64,000 nt of DNA, taken from Pseudomonadales bacterium. Its GTDB lineage: Bacteria; Pseudomonadota; Gammaproteobacteria; Pseudomonadales; UBA5518. The notes below the pieces were generated by a model. The model ran no database searches and was not told where the DNA came from. It worked only from the letters and a program-made list of their open reading frames with translations. Position numbers and translations under genes: made by a program. Shown here one piece after another: positions 1 to 14,453 of the stretch (position 1 is its first letter; each line of letters opens with the position of its first letter). The DNA is taken from contig JAJVIG010000016.1 in assembly GCA_022072145.1 (NCBI GenBank), positions 152,917-216,916 of the forward strand. Reading direction: 5' to 3'.

Positions 1-2282
1 ACCGCGGAGATGGACGCCTTGCGGCTCTCGGTCACGAAGCGCACCGCCTCGTCGTAGAGACCGTCGCTCTCGGGGTCGTCGCTCGCCTCCCCGGGCAGCA
101 TCGCCAGCGGCGAGGCCGCGCTCTCCTCGAGGATGCCCTCGATGTAGTTCGGCTCCGAGTGCGCGCGCAGGTCCGCGACCACGCGGTGCACTTCGGCATC
201 GGCGACGAAGGCGCCGTGCACGCGGATCGGCACGCCGCTGCCGGGCGGCAGGTAGAGCATGTCGCCGTGGCCCAGCAACTGTTCCGCGCCACCCTGGTCG
301 AGGATGGTGCGCGAATCGATCTTCGACGAGACCTGGAACGCGATCCGGGTCGGGATGTTGGCCTTGATCAGGCCGGTGATCACGTCGACCGAGGGGCGCT
401 GGGTGGCGAGGATCAGGTGGATTCCCGCAGCGCGCGCCTTCTGCGCGATGCGCGCGATCAGTTCCTCGACCTTCTTGCCGACGATCATCATCATGTCGGC
501 GAACTCGTCGATCACGACCACGATCGCCGGCAGCGGCGCCAGCGTCGGCGGCGTCGCCAGCTGTTCCTCCTCGCTCACGAACACCATCGGATCCGGTGTC
601 CAGAACGGATCGGCGATCGGCTCGCCGGCGTCGATGGCGTCCTGGATCTTGCGGTTGAAACCCGCCAGGTTGCGCACGCCCATCGCCGCCATCAGGCGGT
701 AGCGGCGCTCCATCTCGGCCACGCACCAGCGCAGGCCGTTGGCCGCGTCCTTCATGTCGGTGATCACCGGCGTCAGCAGGTGCGGGATGCCCTCGTAGAC
801 CGAGAGCTCGAGCATCTTGGGGTCGACCAGGATCATCCGCACCTCGGCCGGCGTGGACTTGTACAGCAGGCTGAGCAGCATCGCGTTGACGCCCACCGAC
901 TTGCCGGAACCGGTGGTGCCGGCCACCAGCAGGTGCGGCATGCGCGCCAAGTCGACCACCATCGGCTCGCCGGAGATGTCGTAGCCGAGCGCCAGCGTCA
1001 GCGGCGAGCGCGAGGTCTCGTAGGCACGCGAGGCGAGCACGTCGCCGAGCAGCACGACCTCGCGGTCCTCGTTCGGGATCTCGATGCCGACCACGGATTT
1101 GCCGGGAATGACCTCGACGACGCGCACGCTGATCACCGCCAGCGAACGCGCGAGGTCCTTGACCAGGTTGCTGATCCGGCTGACCTTCACGCCCGGCGCG
1201 GGCTGGATCTCGAAGCGCGTGATCACCGGACCGGGCAGCACCGACACCACGGTGGCCTCGACCCCGAAGTCGCGCAGCTTGATCTCGAGCAGCCGCGACA
1301 TACCCTCCAGCGCCTCGGCCGAATAGCCGCGCTGCTTGCTGCGATCGGCCATGTCGAGCAACCCGAGCGGAGGCAGGTAGGCATCGGGCGCGCTGAACAG
1401 CGCCCCCTGGCGTTCGCGCTGCACGCGCTCGCCCTGCACTTCCTTGCGCGGCGCCGGGAGCCGGATCTCGGGCACCGCGCGCGCCGTCGTCAGGACCGCC
1501 GGCCCGACTGCCTCGACGCCCGCGTCCTCGAGCACGGGTTCGCGGCGTGCGCGCCGGCGCCGCGGTGACGGCTCGTCCAGCTCCTCGATCGTCAGTTCGC
1601 GCACCACCGGCGCGTGCTCGCCCGCTTCGCCGTCGAACGCATCCGCCGCCTCGCCTGCGCGACGCCGGCCAAGGTGACGCATCGTCGCGAGCAGGCCGCC
1701 ACCCTGCCACTGGCGTGCGGATCCCGCCGCCTGTCCCAGGCGCCGCAGGCCTTCCAGCGTGAGGCGGCCGGTCTGCTCGAGCACGCGCGACCACGACAGG
1801 TCGGTGAAGATCGTGACGCCGAACAGCAGCAGCGCCAGCATCAGCAGCCGCGTGCCGGTCAGACCGAAGGCGCGCTGCCCCACCTGCGACAGCGTCTCGC
1901 CGAGCATGCCGCCGATGCCGAACGGCAACAGCGAGGTCGCGCTGCCCTGCAGCGCGAGCAAGGTGGTCGCCGACAGGAGCACCAGCACGAAACCCACGCT
2001 GCGGATCGATACCAGAAGCCAGTCGAGCACGAACGAGGCCTGGCGCTCGCGCGTGGCCGCCCACGCACGGAAACCGAACAACAGCGGGAAGCCGTAGGCG
2101 GCGTATCCGAACAGCGACAGCAGCACGTCGGCGACCCACGCACCGGTGCGCCCGGCCGAGTTGGCGATCGCCGATCCGTTGCCGGTGCTCGACCAGCCCG
2201 GGTCACCCACGCTGTAGGTGCCGAGCGCGAGCAGCAGGAAGCCGGCCAGCACGCCCCAGCCGATCACCAGACCCTCGCGCAT
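1..2282 (-). CDS. ftsK: DNA translocase FtsK (C-terminal end runs off the window start; start codon approximate)
   Basis: Absent from the ORF track because no stop lies in the window. My minus-strand translation gives N-terminal TM segments ([21 protein letters not shown]...), Walker [18 protein letters not shown], Walker [13 protein letters not shown], and the start of the gamma domain [18 protein letters not shown] at nt 1-60. Confidence 0.9.
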   Translation of the reverse strand, partial: MREGLVIGWGVLAGFLLLALGTYSVGDPGWSSTGNGSAIANSAGRTGAWVADVLLSLFGYAAYGFPLLFGFRAWAATRERQASFVLDWLLVSIRSVGFVLVLLSATTLLALQGSATSLLPFGIGGMLGETLSQVGQRAFGLTGTRLLMLALLLFGVTIFTDLSWSRVLEQTGRLTLEGLRRLGQAAGSARQWQGGGLLATMRHLGRRRAGEAADAFDGEAGEHAPVVRELTIEELDEPSPRRRRARREPVLEDAGVEAVGPAVLTTARAVPEIRLPAPRKEVQGERVQRERQGALFSAPDAYLPPLGLLDMADRSKQRGYSAEALEGMSRLLEIKLRDFGVEATVVSVLPGPVITRFEIQPAPGVKVSRISNLVKDLARSLAVISVRVVEVIPGKSVVGIEIPNEDREVVLLGDVLASRAYETSRSPLTLALGYDISGEPMVVDLARMPHLLVAGTTGSGKSVGVNAMLLSLLYKSTPAEVRMILVDPKMLELSVYEGIPHLLTPVITDMKDAANGLRWCVAEMERRYRLMAAMGVRNLAGFNRKIQDAIDAGEPIADPFWTPDPMVFVSEEEQLATPPTLAPLPAIVVVIDEFADMMMIVGKKVEELIARIAQKARAAGIHLILATQRPSVDVITGLIKANIPTRIAFQVSSKIDSRTILDQGGAEQLLGHGDMLYLPPGSGVPIRVHGAFVADAEVHRVVADLRAHSEPNYIEGILEESAASPLAMLPGEASDDPESDGLYDEAVRFVTESRKASISA

Positions 2283-2410
2283 CCCATGCTGCAGAACGGG
2301 CGGCAGCGTCCTTGCGGCCACCGCGGAAGCGCCTCTAGTCCTCGCCAAGATACCTGCACCTCTGCCGGTGCCGCCCCGCAACCGGCGGCCGTCCTGTGAA
2401 ATCACGATGA

Positions 2411-3466
<1,056 letters not shown>

Positions 3467-3478
3467 GCGCTGGGCGTC

Positions 3479-4204
3479 GTGCCCGCGATCGCCTGGCTCG
3501 GCCCCGACGTCGAAGCGTTCCCGCCGCTGGAGCACGCACTCGCGGACCCGCCGGGATTGCTGGCCGCAGGCGGTGACCTCAGCCCCGGGCGCCTGCTCGC
3601 GGCGTACCGCCGCGGCATCTTTCCCTGGTACGAGGAACCCGAGCCGATCCTGTGGTGGTCACCCGACCCGCGCGCGGTGCTGTTCCCCGGCGAGTTGCAC
3701 GTGCCGGCCAGCCTGCGCCGCACGCTGCGCCGGCGCGTCTACGAGGTCACGGCCGACCGTTGCTTCGAAGGCGTGATCGAAGGCTGCGCGGCTCCACGCG
3801 CGCGTGCCGACGGCACCTGGATCGGTGCCGCGATGCGCGAAGCCTACGTCGAACTGCACCGGCGCGGGTACGCGCACTCGATCGAGACCTGGCGCGACGA
3901 CGAACTGGTGGGCGGGCTGTACGGGATCGCGATCGGCCGTGTGTTCTTCGGCGAATCGATGTTCAGCCGCGCCGACGATGCCTCCAAGGTCGCGCTGGTC
4001 CACCTGGTCGCACGACTGCGCGCCTGGGACTTCGCGCTGATCGACTGCCAGCAGCACACCCCGCACCTCGCGCGGCTCGGCGCGCGCTGCATCGCGCGCT
4101 CGCGGTTTCGCGATATATTAGACGCGAGCGTAGTCGCAACGGGGCGCGTCGGATCCTGGCGCCTCGAATCGGAGCAGCACGGAGAGCCATGGGTAACCCG
4201 GTGA
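3479..4204 (+). CDS. aat: leucyl/phenylalanyl-tRNA--protein transferase
   Basis: 241 aa with [13 protein letters not shown] and a GESMF-type motif (FFGESMFS). Lies beside infA/clpA/clpS as in E. coli. Confidence 0.85.
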   Translation: MPAIAWLGPDVEAFPPLEHALADPPGLLAAGGDLSPGRLLAAYRRGIFPWYEEPEPILWWSPDPRAVLFPGELHVPASLRRTLRRRVYEVTADRCFEGVIEGCAAPRARADGTWIGAAMREAYVELHRRGYAHSIETWRDDELVGGLYGIAIGRVFFGESMFSRADDASKVALVHLVARLRAWDFALIDCQQHTPHLARLGARCIARSRFRDILDASVVATGRVGSWRLESEQHGEPWVTR

Positions 4205-4908
4205 GCCTGCTGGCGAACATCCGCGTGTTCGCCACCTACCCGCACGAATGCAGCTATCTCGACGGCGAGGTAGCGACCACGCTGTTCGTGGACCCGGCGA
4301 CGCCGATCGACACCCACATATACAGCCAGCTCTCGAGCATCGGTTTCCGCCGCAGCGGTCCGCACCTGTACCGCCCCCACTGCGGCGCCTGCAATGCCTG
4401 CATACCGGCGCGCGTGCCGGTCGACCGGTTCCGCCCCGACCGCAGCCAGCGCCGCGTGCTGGCACGCAACACCGATCTCGAGGCCCGCACCGTTGCCAGC
4501 ATCGATTCGGAGCTGCATTTCGGCCTCTACAGCCGCTACATCCGCAGCCGCCACAGCGACGGTGACATGCATCCGCCCGACCGTGCGCAGTACGATTCGT
4601 TCCTGACCCGCGAATGGGGCTGTACGAGCTACGTCGAGTTCCGCGCCGCCGATCGCCTGCTCGCGGTCGCGGTGCTCGATCGTCTGGACAGCGGGCTGTC
4701 GGCGATCTACACGTTCTACGACCCCGCCGAGGACCGCCGCAGCCTCGGCAGCTACGTGATCCTGTGGCAGATCGCGCACGCGCGCCAGCTGGGGCTCGCC
4801 GCGGTCTATCTGGGCTACTGGATCCGCGATTGCCGCAAGATGAGCTACAAGACGCGCTTCCGGCCGGTGGAGCTGCTGGTGAACGGCCAGTGGGTTCACG
4901 TGGACTGA
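4189..4908 (+). CDS. bpt: arginyl/leucyl-tRNA--protein transferase (Bpt/Ate family)
   Basis: In-frame ATG at 4189 inside track ORF 3652..4908. [27 protein letters not shown]..., [26 protein letters not shown]. Overlaps the aat end by 16 nt. Confidence 0.8.
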   Translation: MGNPVSLLANIRVFATYPHECSYLDGEVATTLFVDPATPIDTHIYSQLSSIGFRRSGPHLYRPHCGACNACIPARVPVDRFRPDRSQRRVLARNTDLEARTVASIDSELHFGLYSRYIRSRHSDGDMHPPDRAQYDSFLTREWGCTSYVEFRAADRLLAVAVLDRLDSGLSAIYTFYDPAEDRRSLGSYVILWQIAHARQLGLAAVYLGYWIRDCRKMSYKTRFRPVELLVNGQWVHVD

Positions 4909-5012
4909 CGCGGGAGCCGGTGGCGAACGCGCCGAGCAACAACCGGGGCGCCGCTTTGCATCGGCGCCACGATAGGGCAGAATGCGCGCCCAGTTTCCCC
5001 GAGTGACTACGG

Positions 5013-5231
5013 ATGGCGAAAGAAGACGTTCTCGAGATGGATGGCGAGGTGGTCGACACCCTGCCCAACACCACGTTCCGCGTGCGCCTGGAGAACGGGC
5101 ACATCGTGACGGCACACATCAGCGGCAAGATGCGCAAGCACTACATCCGCATCCTGACCGGCGACAAGGTCAAGGTCGAACTGACGCCCTACGACCTGAG
5201 CAAGGGCCGCATCACGTTCCGCGAGCGCTGA
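5013..5231 (+). CDS. infA: translation initiation factor IF-1
   Basis: 72 aa: [70 protein letters not shown]. Confidence 0.97.
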   Translation: MAKEDVLEMDGEVVDTLPNTTFRVRLENGHIVTAHISGKMRKHYIRILTGDKVKVELTPYDLSKGRITFRER

Positions 5232-5249
5232 GCAGGCGCCGCGTGCCGC

Positions 5250-7517
5250 TCAGGCGGCCGCCTCGACGCTCAGCTGCAACCCCTCACCGTCCTCTGCCAC
5301 GCCAACGCGCACCACTCCCGCACGCTGCTCCAGCTCGCCGAACAGCAGCACGTCGGCCAGCGGCTTCTTGATGTGCTCCTGGATCACGCGCGCCATCGGC
5401 CGCGCGCCCATCTTTTCGTCGTAGCCGCGCGCGACCAGCCACTCCTCGGCCGCCTCGTCGATCTCGATGCGCACCTTGCGCGGCGCGAGCTGCGCCTGCA
5501 GTTCGGCGAGGAACTTGTGCACCACCGAGCGCACCACCGCCGGCGGCAGCGGCGCGAACTGGATGATCGCGTCGAGCCGGTTGCGGAACTCGGGCGTGAA
5601 CATCCTCTTCACCGCCTCGAGCCCGTCGCTGCTGTTGTCCTGCTCGGTGAAACCGATCGAGCGCCGGCTCAGCATCTCGGCACCGGCGTTGGTGGTCATG
5701 ATCAGCACGGTGTTGCGGAAGTCCGCCTTGCGGCCGTTGTTGTCGGTCAGCGTGCCGTGATCCATCACCTGCAGCAGCAGGTTGAACACCTCGGGATGCG
5801 CCTTCTCGATCTCGTCGAGCAGCAGCACGCTGTGCGGGTGGCGCGTGACCGCGTCGGTGAGCAAGCCCCCCTGGTCGAAACCGACGTAGCCCGGCGGCGC
5901 GCCGATCAGCCGTGACACCGTGTGCCGCTCCATGTACTCGGACATGTCGAAACGGATCAGCTCGAGCCCCAGCGTCTTCGCCAGCTGGCGGCTCGCCTCG
6001 GTCTTGCCCACCCCGGTAGGCCCGGCGAACAGGAAGCAGCCGATCGGCTTCTCCACCGTCTTCAGTCCGGCGCGCGCGAGCTTGATCGCCGTCGCGAGCG
6101 CATCCATCGCCGTCTCCTGGCCGAACACGGCGTCCTTCAGGTCGGCGGCCAGGCTGCGCAGCGACTCCTTGTCGGAGGCCGAGACACTGCGCGGCGGGAT
6201 GCGCGCGATCTTGGCGACGATTTCCTCGACCTCCCTGACGCCGATCACCTTGCGCCGGCGCGATTCCGGCTGCAGGCGCTGGAACGCCCCCGCCTCGTCG
6301 ATGACGTCGATCGCCTTGTCGGGCAGGAAACGGTCGGTGATGTAGCGGCTCGCGAGCTCCGCCGCCGCCTGCAGCGCGCGTGTGCTGTAGCGCAGGCCGA
6401 AGTGCTCCTCGAAACGCGAGCGCAGCCCCTTGAGGATCTCGACGGTCTCGGCGACGCTGGGTTCGCCGACGTCGACCTTCTGGAAGCGCCGGCTCAGTGC
6501 GCGGTCCTTGTCGAACACGCCACGGTACTCCTGGAACGTCGTCGAGCCGATGCAGCGAATCTCGCCGGAACCCAGCAGCGGCTTCAACAGGTTCGAGGCG
6601 TCCATCACGCCCCCGGAGGCGGCTCCCGCGCCGATGATGGTGTGGATCTCGTCGATGAACAGGATCGCGTGCTTCTTCCTGCGCAGTTCGGCCAGCAGGC
6701 CCTTGAAGCGCTTCTCGAAGTCGCCGCGGTACTTGGTGCCGGCCAGCAGCGAGCCGAGGTCCAGCGAATACACCACGCCGTCGCGCAGCACCTCGGGCAC
6801 GTCGCCCTCGACGATGCGTCGCGCCAGGCCCTCGGCGATCGCGGTCTTGCCGACCCCCGACTCGCCGACCAGCAGCGGGTTGTTCTTGCGCCGGCGCGCG
6901 AGGATCTGCGTGACGCGCTCGAGTTCGAGCGCACGGCCGACCAGCGGATCGATACGCCCCGCGCGCGCTTCGTCGTTGAGGTTGGTCGCGAAGCTTTGCA
7001 ACGGACTGGCCTCGCCGTCCGGCGCCGGCTGTTCGTCCTCTCCGGACTCCGTGCCGGCACCGCCGGGACGCGGGTTGTCGGCGACCTTCGGGATGCCGTG
7101 CGTGATGAAGTTCACGACATCGATGCGTGCGATGTTCTCCTTGCGCAGCAGGTAGACCGCCTGGCTCTCCTGCTCGCCGAACAGCGCGACCAGCACGTTG
7201 GCGCCGTTGACCTCGCTGCGGCCGGAGGACTGCACGTGGAACACGGCGCGCTGCAGCACGCGCTGGAACCCGACCGTGGGCTCGGTCTCGCGCTGCCCGT
7301 CCTCCTCCGGGATCAGCGGCGTGTTCGCCTCGACGAAGCCCGCCAGTTCCGCGCGCAGTCGCTCGATATCGGCGCCACAGGCGCGCAGCACCCGCAGCGC
7401 CGCCTCGTTGTCGAGCAGCGCGAGCAGCAGGTGCTCGACGGTCATGAATTCGTGACGGCGCGCGCGCGCGTGGCGGAACGCGGCGTTGAGGTTGAACTCG
7501 AGATCCTTGCTCAGCAT
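5250..7517 (-). CDS. clpA: ATP-dependent Clp protease ATP-binding subunit ClpA
   Basis: 755 aa. Clp N-domain plus two AAA+ modules (LLVGESGVGKTAIAEGLA and FAGPTGVGKTEASRQLA). Confidence 0.95.
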   Translation of the reverse strand: MLSKDLEFNLNAAFRHARARRHEFMTVEHLLLALLDNEAALRVLRACGADIERLRAELAGFVEANTPLIPEEDGQRETEPTVGFQRVLQRAVFHVQSSGRSEVNGANVLVALFGEQESQAVYLLRKENIARIDVVNFITHGIPKVADNPRPGGAGTESGEDEQPAPDGEASPLQSFATNLNDEARAGRIDPLVGRALELERVTQILARRRKNNPLLVGESGVGKTAIAEGLARRIVEGDVPEVLRDGVVYSLDLGSLLAGTKYRGDFEKRFKGLLAELRRKKHAILFIDEIHTIIGAGAASGGVMDASNLLKPLLGSGEIRCIGSTTFQEYRGVFDKDRALSRRFQKVDVGEPSVAETVEILKGLRSRFEEHFGLRYSTRALQAAAELASRYITDRFLPDKAIDVIDEAGAFQRLQPESRRRKVIGVREVEEIVAKIARIPPRSVSASDKESLRSLAADLKDAVFGQETAMDALATAIKLARAGLKTVEKPIGCFLFAGPTGVGKTEASRQLAKTLGLELIRFDMSEYMERHTVSRLIGAPPGYVGFDQGGLLTDAVTRHPHSVLLLDEIEKAHPEVFNLLLQVMDHGTLTDNNGRKADFRNTVLIMTTNAGAEMLSRRSIGFTEQDNSSDGLEAVKRMFTPEFRNRLDAIIQFAPLPPAVVRSVVHKFLAELQAQLAPRKVRIEIDEAAEEWLVARGYDEKMGARPMARVIQEHIKKPLADVLLFGELEQRAGVVRVGVAEDGEGLQLSVEAAA

Positions 7518-7596
7518 GAGGAGCCTCCGGCAGTTACTGCAGCCTCGCTTTCAGCATAGACCAAGGCACCGGGCGGGCGTTCCCGGCGCTTCGGGT

Positions 7597-7959
7597 TCAG
7601 TCGCCGGCGGCGACTTCGATCTCGCACAGCAGCGGATGCTGGTTCTCGCGCGCGTAGCGGTTGACCTGCATCGCCTTCGTTTCCGCGACGTCGCGCGTGA
7701 ATACCCCGCACACCGCGCGGCCCTCGGTGTGCACCGCGAGCATCACGCGCGTGGCCTTGTCGCGCCCCATCGCGAAGAATCGCTGCAGCACGTCGACCAC
7801 GAAGTCCATCGGCGTGTAGTCGTCGTTCAGCATCACGACCTGGTACATCGGCGGTTCGGCGAGTTGCGCATCCGACTCCTGCAGCGCGAGCCCGCCATCG
7901 CGCGCGAGACGGTCCTCACCGCTCGCGGTGATACGCCCTGCCGTCGAGGTGTCTCCCAT
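7597..7959 (-). CDS. clpS: ATP-dependent Clp protease adaptor ClpS
   Basis: Core [27 protein letters not shown]...[12 protein letters not shown]. The start is ATG 7959 or 7968. The longer track ORF (to 8205) is an upstream extension without ClpS-like sequence. Confidence 0.9.
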   Translation of the reverse strand: MGDTSTAGRITASGEDRLARDGGLALQESDAQLAEPPMYQVVMLNDDYTPMDFVVDVLQRFFAMGRDKATRVMLAVHTEGRAVCGVFTRDVAETKAMQVNRYARENQHPLLCEIEVAAGD

Positions 7960-8167
7960 CACTGCCATCGCAAATCGCCCGTCTGCCCAGAATGTTCCAT
8001 GGATCGCGTCCCCGCACAAGAGGCGCCGGCGCCCCCCATGCGCTTGACACCCGCGGGCGCTGCCGCTAAAAAAGCTGTCCAATGCTTCAGCACGCTTCCG
8101 GCGTGCTGGCAGGTCCGATATAAGCACAACAACCGATGCCCCGCCCGGGGCAACGAGGACCAGAGTC

Positions 8168-8404
8168 ATGCGTACTGGTATCGTCAAGTGGTTCAACAAT
8201 GCCAAGGGCTACGGCTTCATCCTGGCCGACGAAGGCAGCTCCGATATATTCGCCCATTATTCGGCCATCCGGATGGAAGGCTACAAGACGCTGAAGGCAG
8301 GCCAGACCGTGCGTTTCGAGGTCGAGGCCGGCCCCAAGGGCATGCACGCGATCGCCATCGAGGCGATCGAGGCGCTCGAAAGCGGGATGCTGCTGGCCAG
8401 GTAA
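8168..8404 (+). CDS. cspD: cold-shock domain protein, CspD-like
   Basis: 78 aa. [15 protein letters not shown] (RNP1) and DIFAHY (RNP2). Divergent from clpS as in E. coli. Confidence 0.85.
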   Translation: MRTGIVKWFNNAKGYGFILADEGSSDIFAHYSAIRMEGYKTLKAGQTVRFEVEAGPKGMHAIAIEAIEALESGMLLAR

Positions 8405-8417
8405 GCAACGCGGGATC

Positions 8418-8443
8418 GCGGCGACGCCCGGAGGCGCCGCCGC
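8418..8443. terminator. GC-rich hairpin between convergent cspD and icd (possible bidirectional terminator)
   Basis: gcggcgacgcc-cgga-ggcgccgccgc: an 11-bp stem with one A.C mismatch and a 4-nt loop. No clear U-tract. Confidence 0.4.
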
Positions 8444-8454
8444 TGCCGCCGCGT

Positions 8455-9711
8455 TCAGGCCATGTGGCGGATGATCGCGTCGCCGAACTGCGAGCACTTC
8501 ACCAGCGTCGCACCTTCCATCAGGCGCTCGAAGTCGTAGGTCACGGTCTTCGCCTGGATCGCACCGTTCATGCCGGAGATGACAAGGTCGGCCGCCTCGT
8601 TCCAGCCCATGTGACGCAACATCATCTCGGCCGACAGGATCAGCGAGCCTGGGTTGACCTTGTCCTGGCCGGCATACTTGGGCGCGGTGCCGTGGGTTGC
8701 CTCGAACAGCGCGACGGTATCGCTGAGGTTCGCGCCGGGCGCGATACCGATGCCGCCGACCTGTGCCGCGAGCGCATCCGACAGGTAGTCCCCGTTGAGG
8801 TTCAGCGTGGCGATCACGCTGTACTCGTCGGGACGCAGCAGCACCTGCTGCAGCATGGCGTCGGCGATCACGTCCTTGATCACGATGTCCTTGCCGGTCT
8901 TCGGGTTGCGCAGTCTCACCCACGGACCGCCGTCGAGCAGTTCACCGCCGAACTCGGACTGCGCGAGCGCGTAGCCCCACTCCTTGAAGGAGCCCTCGGT
9001 GAACTTCATGATGTTGCCCTTGTGCACGATGGTGACCGAGGGCAGGTCCTGGTCGATCGCGTACTGGATCGCACGGCGCACCAGGCGCTCGGTGCCTTCC
9101 TTCGATACCGGCTTGATACCGATGCCGCAGTTCTCGGGAAAACGGATCTTGGTGACGCCCATCTCCTCGCGCAGGAAGCGGATCAGCTTGTCGGCGTCCG
9201 GGGTGCCGGCCTTCCACTCGATGCCGGCGTAGATGTCCTCCGAGTTCTCGCGGAAGATCACCATGTTGGTCTTGTGCGGCTCGCGCACCGGCGACGGCAC
9301 GCCGCTGAACCAGCGCACCGGGCGCAGGCAGACGTAGAGGTCGAGTTCCTGGCGCAGCGCGACGTTCAGCGAACGGAAGCCACCGCCCACCGGCGTGGTC
9401 AGCGGCCCCTTGATAGACACCACGTACTCGCGGATCGCCTCCAGCGTCTCCGCCGGGAACCAGTCGCCGTCGTAGAGTTCGGCCGCCTTCTCGCCGGTGT
9501 AGATCTCCATCCAGCTGATCTTGCGCTTGCCACCGTAGGCCTTCGCGACCGCCGCATCGACCACCTTCAGCATCGCCGGCGTGATGTCGACCCCGATACC
9601 GTCGCCCTCGATGAACGGGATCACGGGATTGTCCGGCACATTCAGCGAATGGTCTGCATTGACCGTGATCTTCTCGCCCTGTGCTGGTACCTTGATGTGC
9701 TTGTACGCCAT
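8455..9711 (-). CDS. icd: NADP-dependent isocitrate dehydrogenase (homodimeric type)
   Basis: 418 aa. [28 protein letters not shown] and [19 protein letters not shown]. Confidence 0.95.
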   Translation of the reverse strand: MAYKHIKVPAQGEKITVNADHSLNVPDNPVIPFIEGDGIGVDITPAMLKVVDAAVAKAYGGKRKISWMEIYTGEKAAELYDGDWFPAETLEAIREYVVSIKGPLTTPVGGGFRSLNVALRQELDLYVCLRPVRWFSGVPSPVREPHKTNMVIFRENSEDIYAGIEWKAGTPDADKLIRFLREEMGVTKIRFPENCGIGIKPVSKEGTERLVRRAIQYAIDQDLPSVTIVHKGNIMKFTEGSFKEWGYALAQSEFGGELLDGGPWVRLRNPKTGKDIVIKDVIADAMLQQVLLRPDEYSVIATLNLNGDYLSDALAAQVGGIGIAPGANLSDTVALFEATHGTAPKYAGQDKVNPGSLILSAEMMLRHMGWNEAADLVISGMNGAIQAKTVTYDFERLMEGATLVKCSQFGDAIIRHMA

Positions 9712-9857
9712 TAGTCTGCTCCGTTGTCATGGCCGGGGTGAGTGGGTGCGATGCTGCTGGGCACGCGCGGCGCGGCAGTATATCACCGCTTCCCCGCGAT
9801 GGCGTGCCGGAGCGGCCGCGGCCGCTATAATGCCGGCCCTTTTCCGCGGAAACGGCG

Positions 9858-10322
9858 ATGAACGATACACTCAGGCAATGGCATCCGCACGTCACCGTCG
9901 CCACGGTGCTGGTCCGTGACGAGCGCTACCTGCTGGTCGAGGAAGCGATCGACGGTCGCCGCGTGCTGAACCAGCCGGCCGGGCACCTCGAGCCGGGCGA
10001 GACGCTGATCGAGGCAGCGCGTCGCGAGACGCTCGAGGAAACCGGCTGGGAGGTCGCGATCGAGGCCGTGCTCGGCGCCAGCCTGTTCACCGCCAGCACC
10101 AGCGGCATCAGCTACCTGCGCACCAGCTTCGTCGCCAGCGCACTGCACCACGACGCCACCCGCCGCCTCGACCGCGGCATCGTCGCCACGCACTGGCTGA
10201 GCTACGCGGAGATCCTCGCAGCGCGCGAGCACCTGCGCAGCGAGTCGGTGCTGGCGACCATCGAGCAGCACCGCAGCGGATGCCGCTTCCCGCTCGACTT
10301 CTTCTACCCGCACGCACGATGA
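9858..10322 (+). CDS. Nudix hydrolase (NudJ position by synteny)
   Basis: 154 aa. Nudix box [22 protein letters not shown]. Its stop overlaps the mnmA start (ATGA). Confidence 0.85.
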   Translation: MNDTLRQWHPHVTVATVLVRDERYLLVEEAIDGRRVLNQPAGHLEPGETLIEAARRETLEETGWEVAIEAVLGASLFTASTSGISYLRTSFVASALHHDATRRLDRGIVATHWLSYAEILAAREHLRSESVLATIEQHRSGCRFPLDFFYPHAR

Positions 10323-11407
10323 GCGGCGCACGCGTCATCGTCGGCATGTCGGGCGGCGTCGATTCCGCGGTCGCGGCGCTGCTGCTGCGCGAGCAGGGCC
10401 ATGCCGTCGAAGGCCTGTTCATGAAGAACTGGGACGAGGACGACGGCACCGAGTACTGCACGGCGCGCGCCGACCTCGCCGACGCCGAGGCCGTCTGCGA
10501 ACTGCTGGGCATCCGGCTGCACACGGCGAACTTCGCCGCCGAGTACTGGGACAACGTGTTCGAGCACTTCCTCGCCGAATACCGCGCCGGCCGCACGCCG
10601 AACCCGGACGTGCTGTGCAACCGCGAGATCAAGTTCAAGGTGTTCGTCGACTACGCATCCGCGCTCGGCGCCGACACCATCGCGACCGGCCACTACGCGC
10701 GGCGCGACGTGCGCGACGGTCACGCGCGCCTGTTGAAGGGGCGCGATCCGGCCAAGGACCAGAGCTATTTCCTGCACGCCGTGCCGGGGAGCCAACTCGC
10801 GCGCTGCCTGTTCCCGGTCGGGGAACTGCCCAAGAGCGAGGTGCGGCGGATCGCGCGCGCACACGCGTTCCCGGTCGCCGCGAAGAAGGACAGCACGGGC
10901 ATCTGCTTCATCGGCGAGCGACGCTTCGCCGACTTCCTGCGCCGCTACCTGCCGGCGCAGCCCGGCCCGATCCGCAGCACCGACGGCGAGCCGCTCGGCG
11001 AGCACCACGGCCTGATGTACTACACGATCGGCCAGCGCCAGGGGCTCGGCATCGGCGGGCGGCGCGACCACCCGGAGCAGCCGTGGTACGTGGTCGACAA
11101 GGATCTCGCCACCAACACCCTGCTGGTCGCCCAGGGCAGCGCGCACCCCGCGCTCTACCACCGCGCGCTGGTGTGCGCGCAGACGCACTGGATCGGCGCC
11201 GCGCCGGGGGCCGCCGAACGCGAACTGCACGCGAAGATCCGCTACCGCCAGGCCGACCAGCCGTGTCGCATCGCGCCGGCGGGCGACGGACGCTGGCGGG
11301 TCGAGTTCGCGAGCGCACAGCGCGCCGTGACGCCGGGGCAGTACGTGGTGTTCTACGACGGCGACTGCTGCCTCGGCGGCGGCGTGATCGAGGAGCGCTT
11401 CGCGTGA
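10319..11407 (+). CDS. mnmA: tRNA 2-thiouridine(34) synthase MnmA
   Basis: PP-loop [15 protein letters not shown] at the in-frame ATG 10319. CNREIKF and DSTGICFIG motifs. Confidence 0.93.
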   Translation: MSGARVIVGMSGGVDSAVAALLLREQGHAVEGLFMKNWDEDDGTEYCTARADLADAEAVCELLGIRLHTANFAAEYWDNVFEHFLAEYRAGRTPNPDVLCNREIKFKVFVDYASALGADTIATGHYARRDVRDGHARLLKGRDPAKDQSYFLHAVPGSQLARCLFPVGELPKSEVRRIARAHAFPVAAKKDSTGICFIGERRFADFLRRYLPAQPGPIRSTDGEPLGEHHGLMYYTIGQRQGLGIGGRRDHPEQPWYVVDKDLATNTLLVAQGSAHPALYHRALVCAQTHWIGAAPGAAERELHAKIRYRQADQPCRIAPAGDGRWRVEFASAQRAVTPGQYVVFYDGDCCLGGGVIEERFA

Positions 11408-12039
11408 GCGCCGCGGTGTCCGAAGCCGCACGCGCACAGGCGCTGGCGCTGGCCGCGATGCTCGAATGCGCCACGCTGGTCGACGAACTGGCACGCACCG
11501 GAGAGGCGCGTGCCCACGGCGTGCGCACGCTGGCCAATGGCCTGCTGCGCTTCGAATGGCAGCGTGTCGAGGATGTCTGGGGCGGCGGCGGCGCGCTCGG
11601 CGGCGCACTGCAACGGCTAGAGTCCGCGCTCATGCTCAGCGCCGGCGATGCGCAGGCGCCGGCGCTTCGCTACGCGCTCGCGCTCGCGCATCTGGGCAAG
11701 CGCCTCGCGCGCGACCGCGAGCGACTCGCGTTGATCCGCGGGCGCCTGCAGGCGCTGGCCGCCGATGCGCAGCAATTCACCCAGGATTTCGACACCGTGG
11801 CGCCGGCGCTGGCCGCGCTGTACGAGGAGACGATCAGCCGCTACAGCTTCCGCATCAAGGTGACCGGCTCCCCCGGGCACCTGCGCGACCCGCGCGTGGT
11901 CGCGCGGATCCGCGCGCTGCTGCTCGCGGGCGTGCGCGCGGCGGTGCTGTGGCGTTTCGTCGGCGGCAACCTGCCGGGGCTGCTGCTCGGGCGCGCGCGC
12001 CTGATCGCCGCGTGCCGCGCGCTGCGCGCCGGGCACTGA
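11404..12039 (+). CDS. hflD: HflD-like protein (high frequency of lysogenisation protein homologue)
   Basis: GTG at 11404 overlaps the mnmA stop (GTGA). 211 aa. Positioned between mnmA and purB as in E. coli. The call rests mainly on synteny. Confidence 0.65.
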   Translation: MSAAVSEAARAQALALAAMLECATLVDELARTGEARAHGVRTLANGLLRFEWQRVEDVWGGGGALGGALQRLESALMLSAGDAQAPALRYALALAHLGKRLARDRERLALIRGRLQALAADAQQFTQDFDTVAPALAALYEETISRYSFRIKVTGSPGHLRDPRVVARIRALLLAGVRAAVLWRFVGGNLPGLLLGRARLIAACRALRAGH

Positions 12040-14011
<1,972 letters not shown>

Positions 14012-14019
14012 ACCGGTGC

Positions 14020-14445
14020 TCAGCGGCGCCGGCGCGGAAAACGGATCACGTTGCGCGGCGCGCCGCCCGCATCGCCCAGGCGCGCCAGCGCCTCACCGAT
14101 CTCGAGCAGCCTCGACTCCGAAACCTCCGGCGTCAGGAAGTGGTAGAAACAACTCAGGCACATGTGCAGCGTCCCGCCGGCGGCCCCGGCATCGTGCGTG
14201 GCGGCCACCGCGTCCGCCAGTCCCGGCAGGCGAACCGGGTCGCAACAGCGGATCCGGCGGCAGCTCGGGCAGTACATGTTGCCGGCGCCGGTGCCGGCCA
14301 CCAGCTCGGGCGCGCGGTCGAAGTGCAGCTCGCGCGTGAGCGGGCGGCCGGCGAGCCGCTGCTGCACCAGCGCATCGAAACCGCCGGTGGCGTCGAAGCG
14401 CAGGCGCGTGAGCACGCGCGCGGTACGTATCGTGCGTTCGCGCAT
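14020..14445 (-). CDS. hypothetical Cys-rich protein (possible metal/FeS-binding)
   Basis: In-frame ATG 14445 in track ORF 14020..14634. Contains CPSCRRIRCC and CLSC motifs. No family recognised. Confidence 0.4.
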   Translation of the reverse strand: MRERTIRTARVLTRLRFDATGGFDALVQQRLAGRPLTRELHFDRAPELVAGTGAGNMYCPSCRRIRCCDPVRLPGLADAVAATHDAGAAGGTLHMCLSCFYHFLTPEVSESRLLEIGEALARLGDAGGAPRNVIRFPRRRR

Positions 14446-14453
14446 CCACGGCC

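Noticed and set aside
159-1568. 469-aa plus-strand ORF at the window start
   Set aside because: It is antisense to ftsK, which is clearly coding on the minus strand (Walker A/B and the gamma domain).
5922-9714. 545-aa and 742-aa plus-strand ORFs (5922..7559 and 7486..9714)
   Set aside because: They are antisense to clpA, clpS and icd. Only the short cspD frame at 8168..8404 is genuine on the plus strand here.
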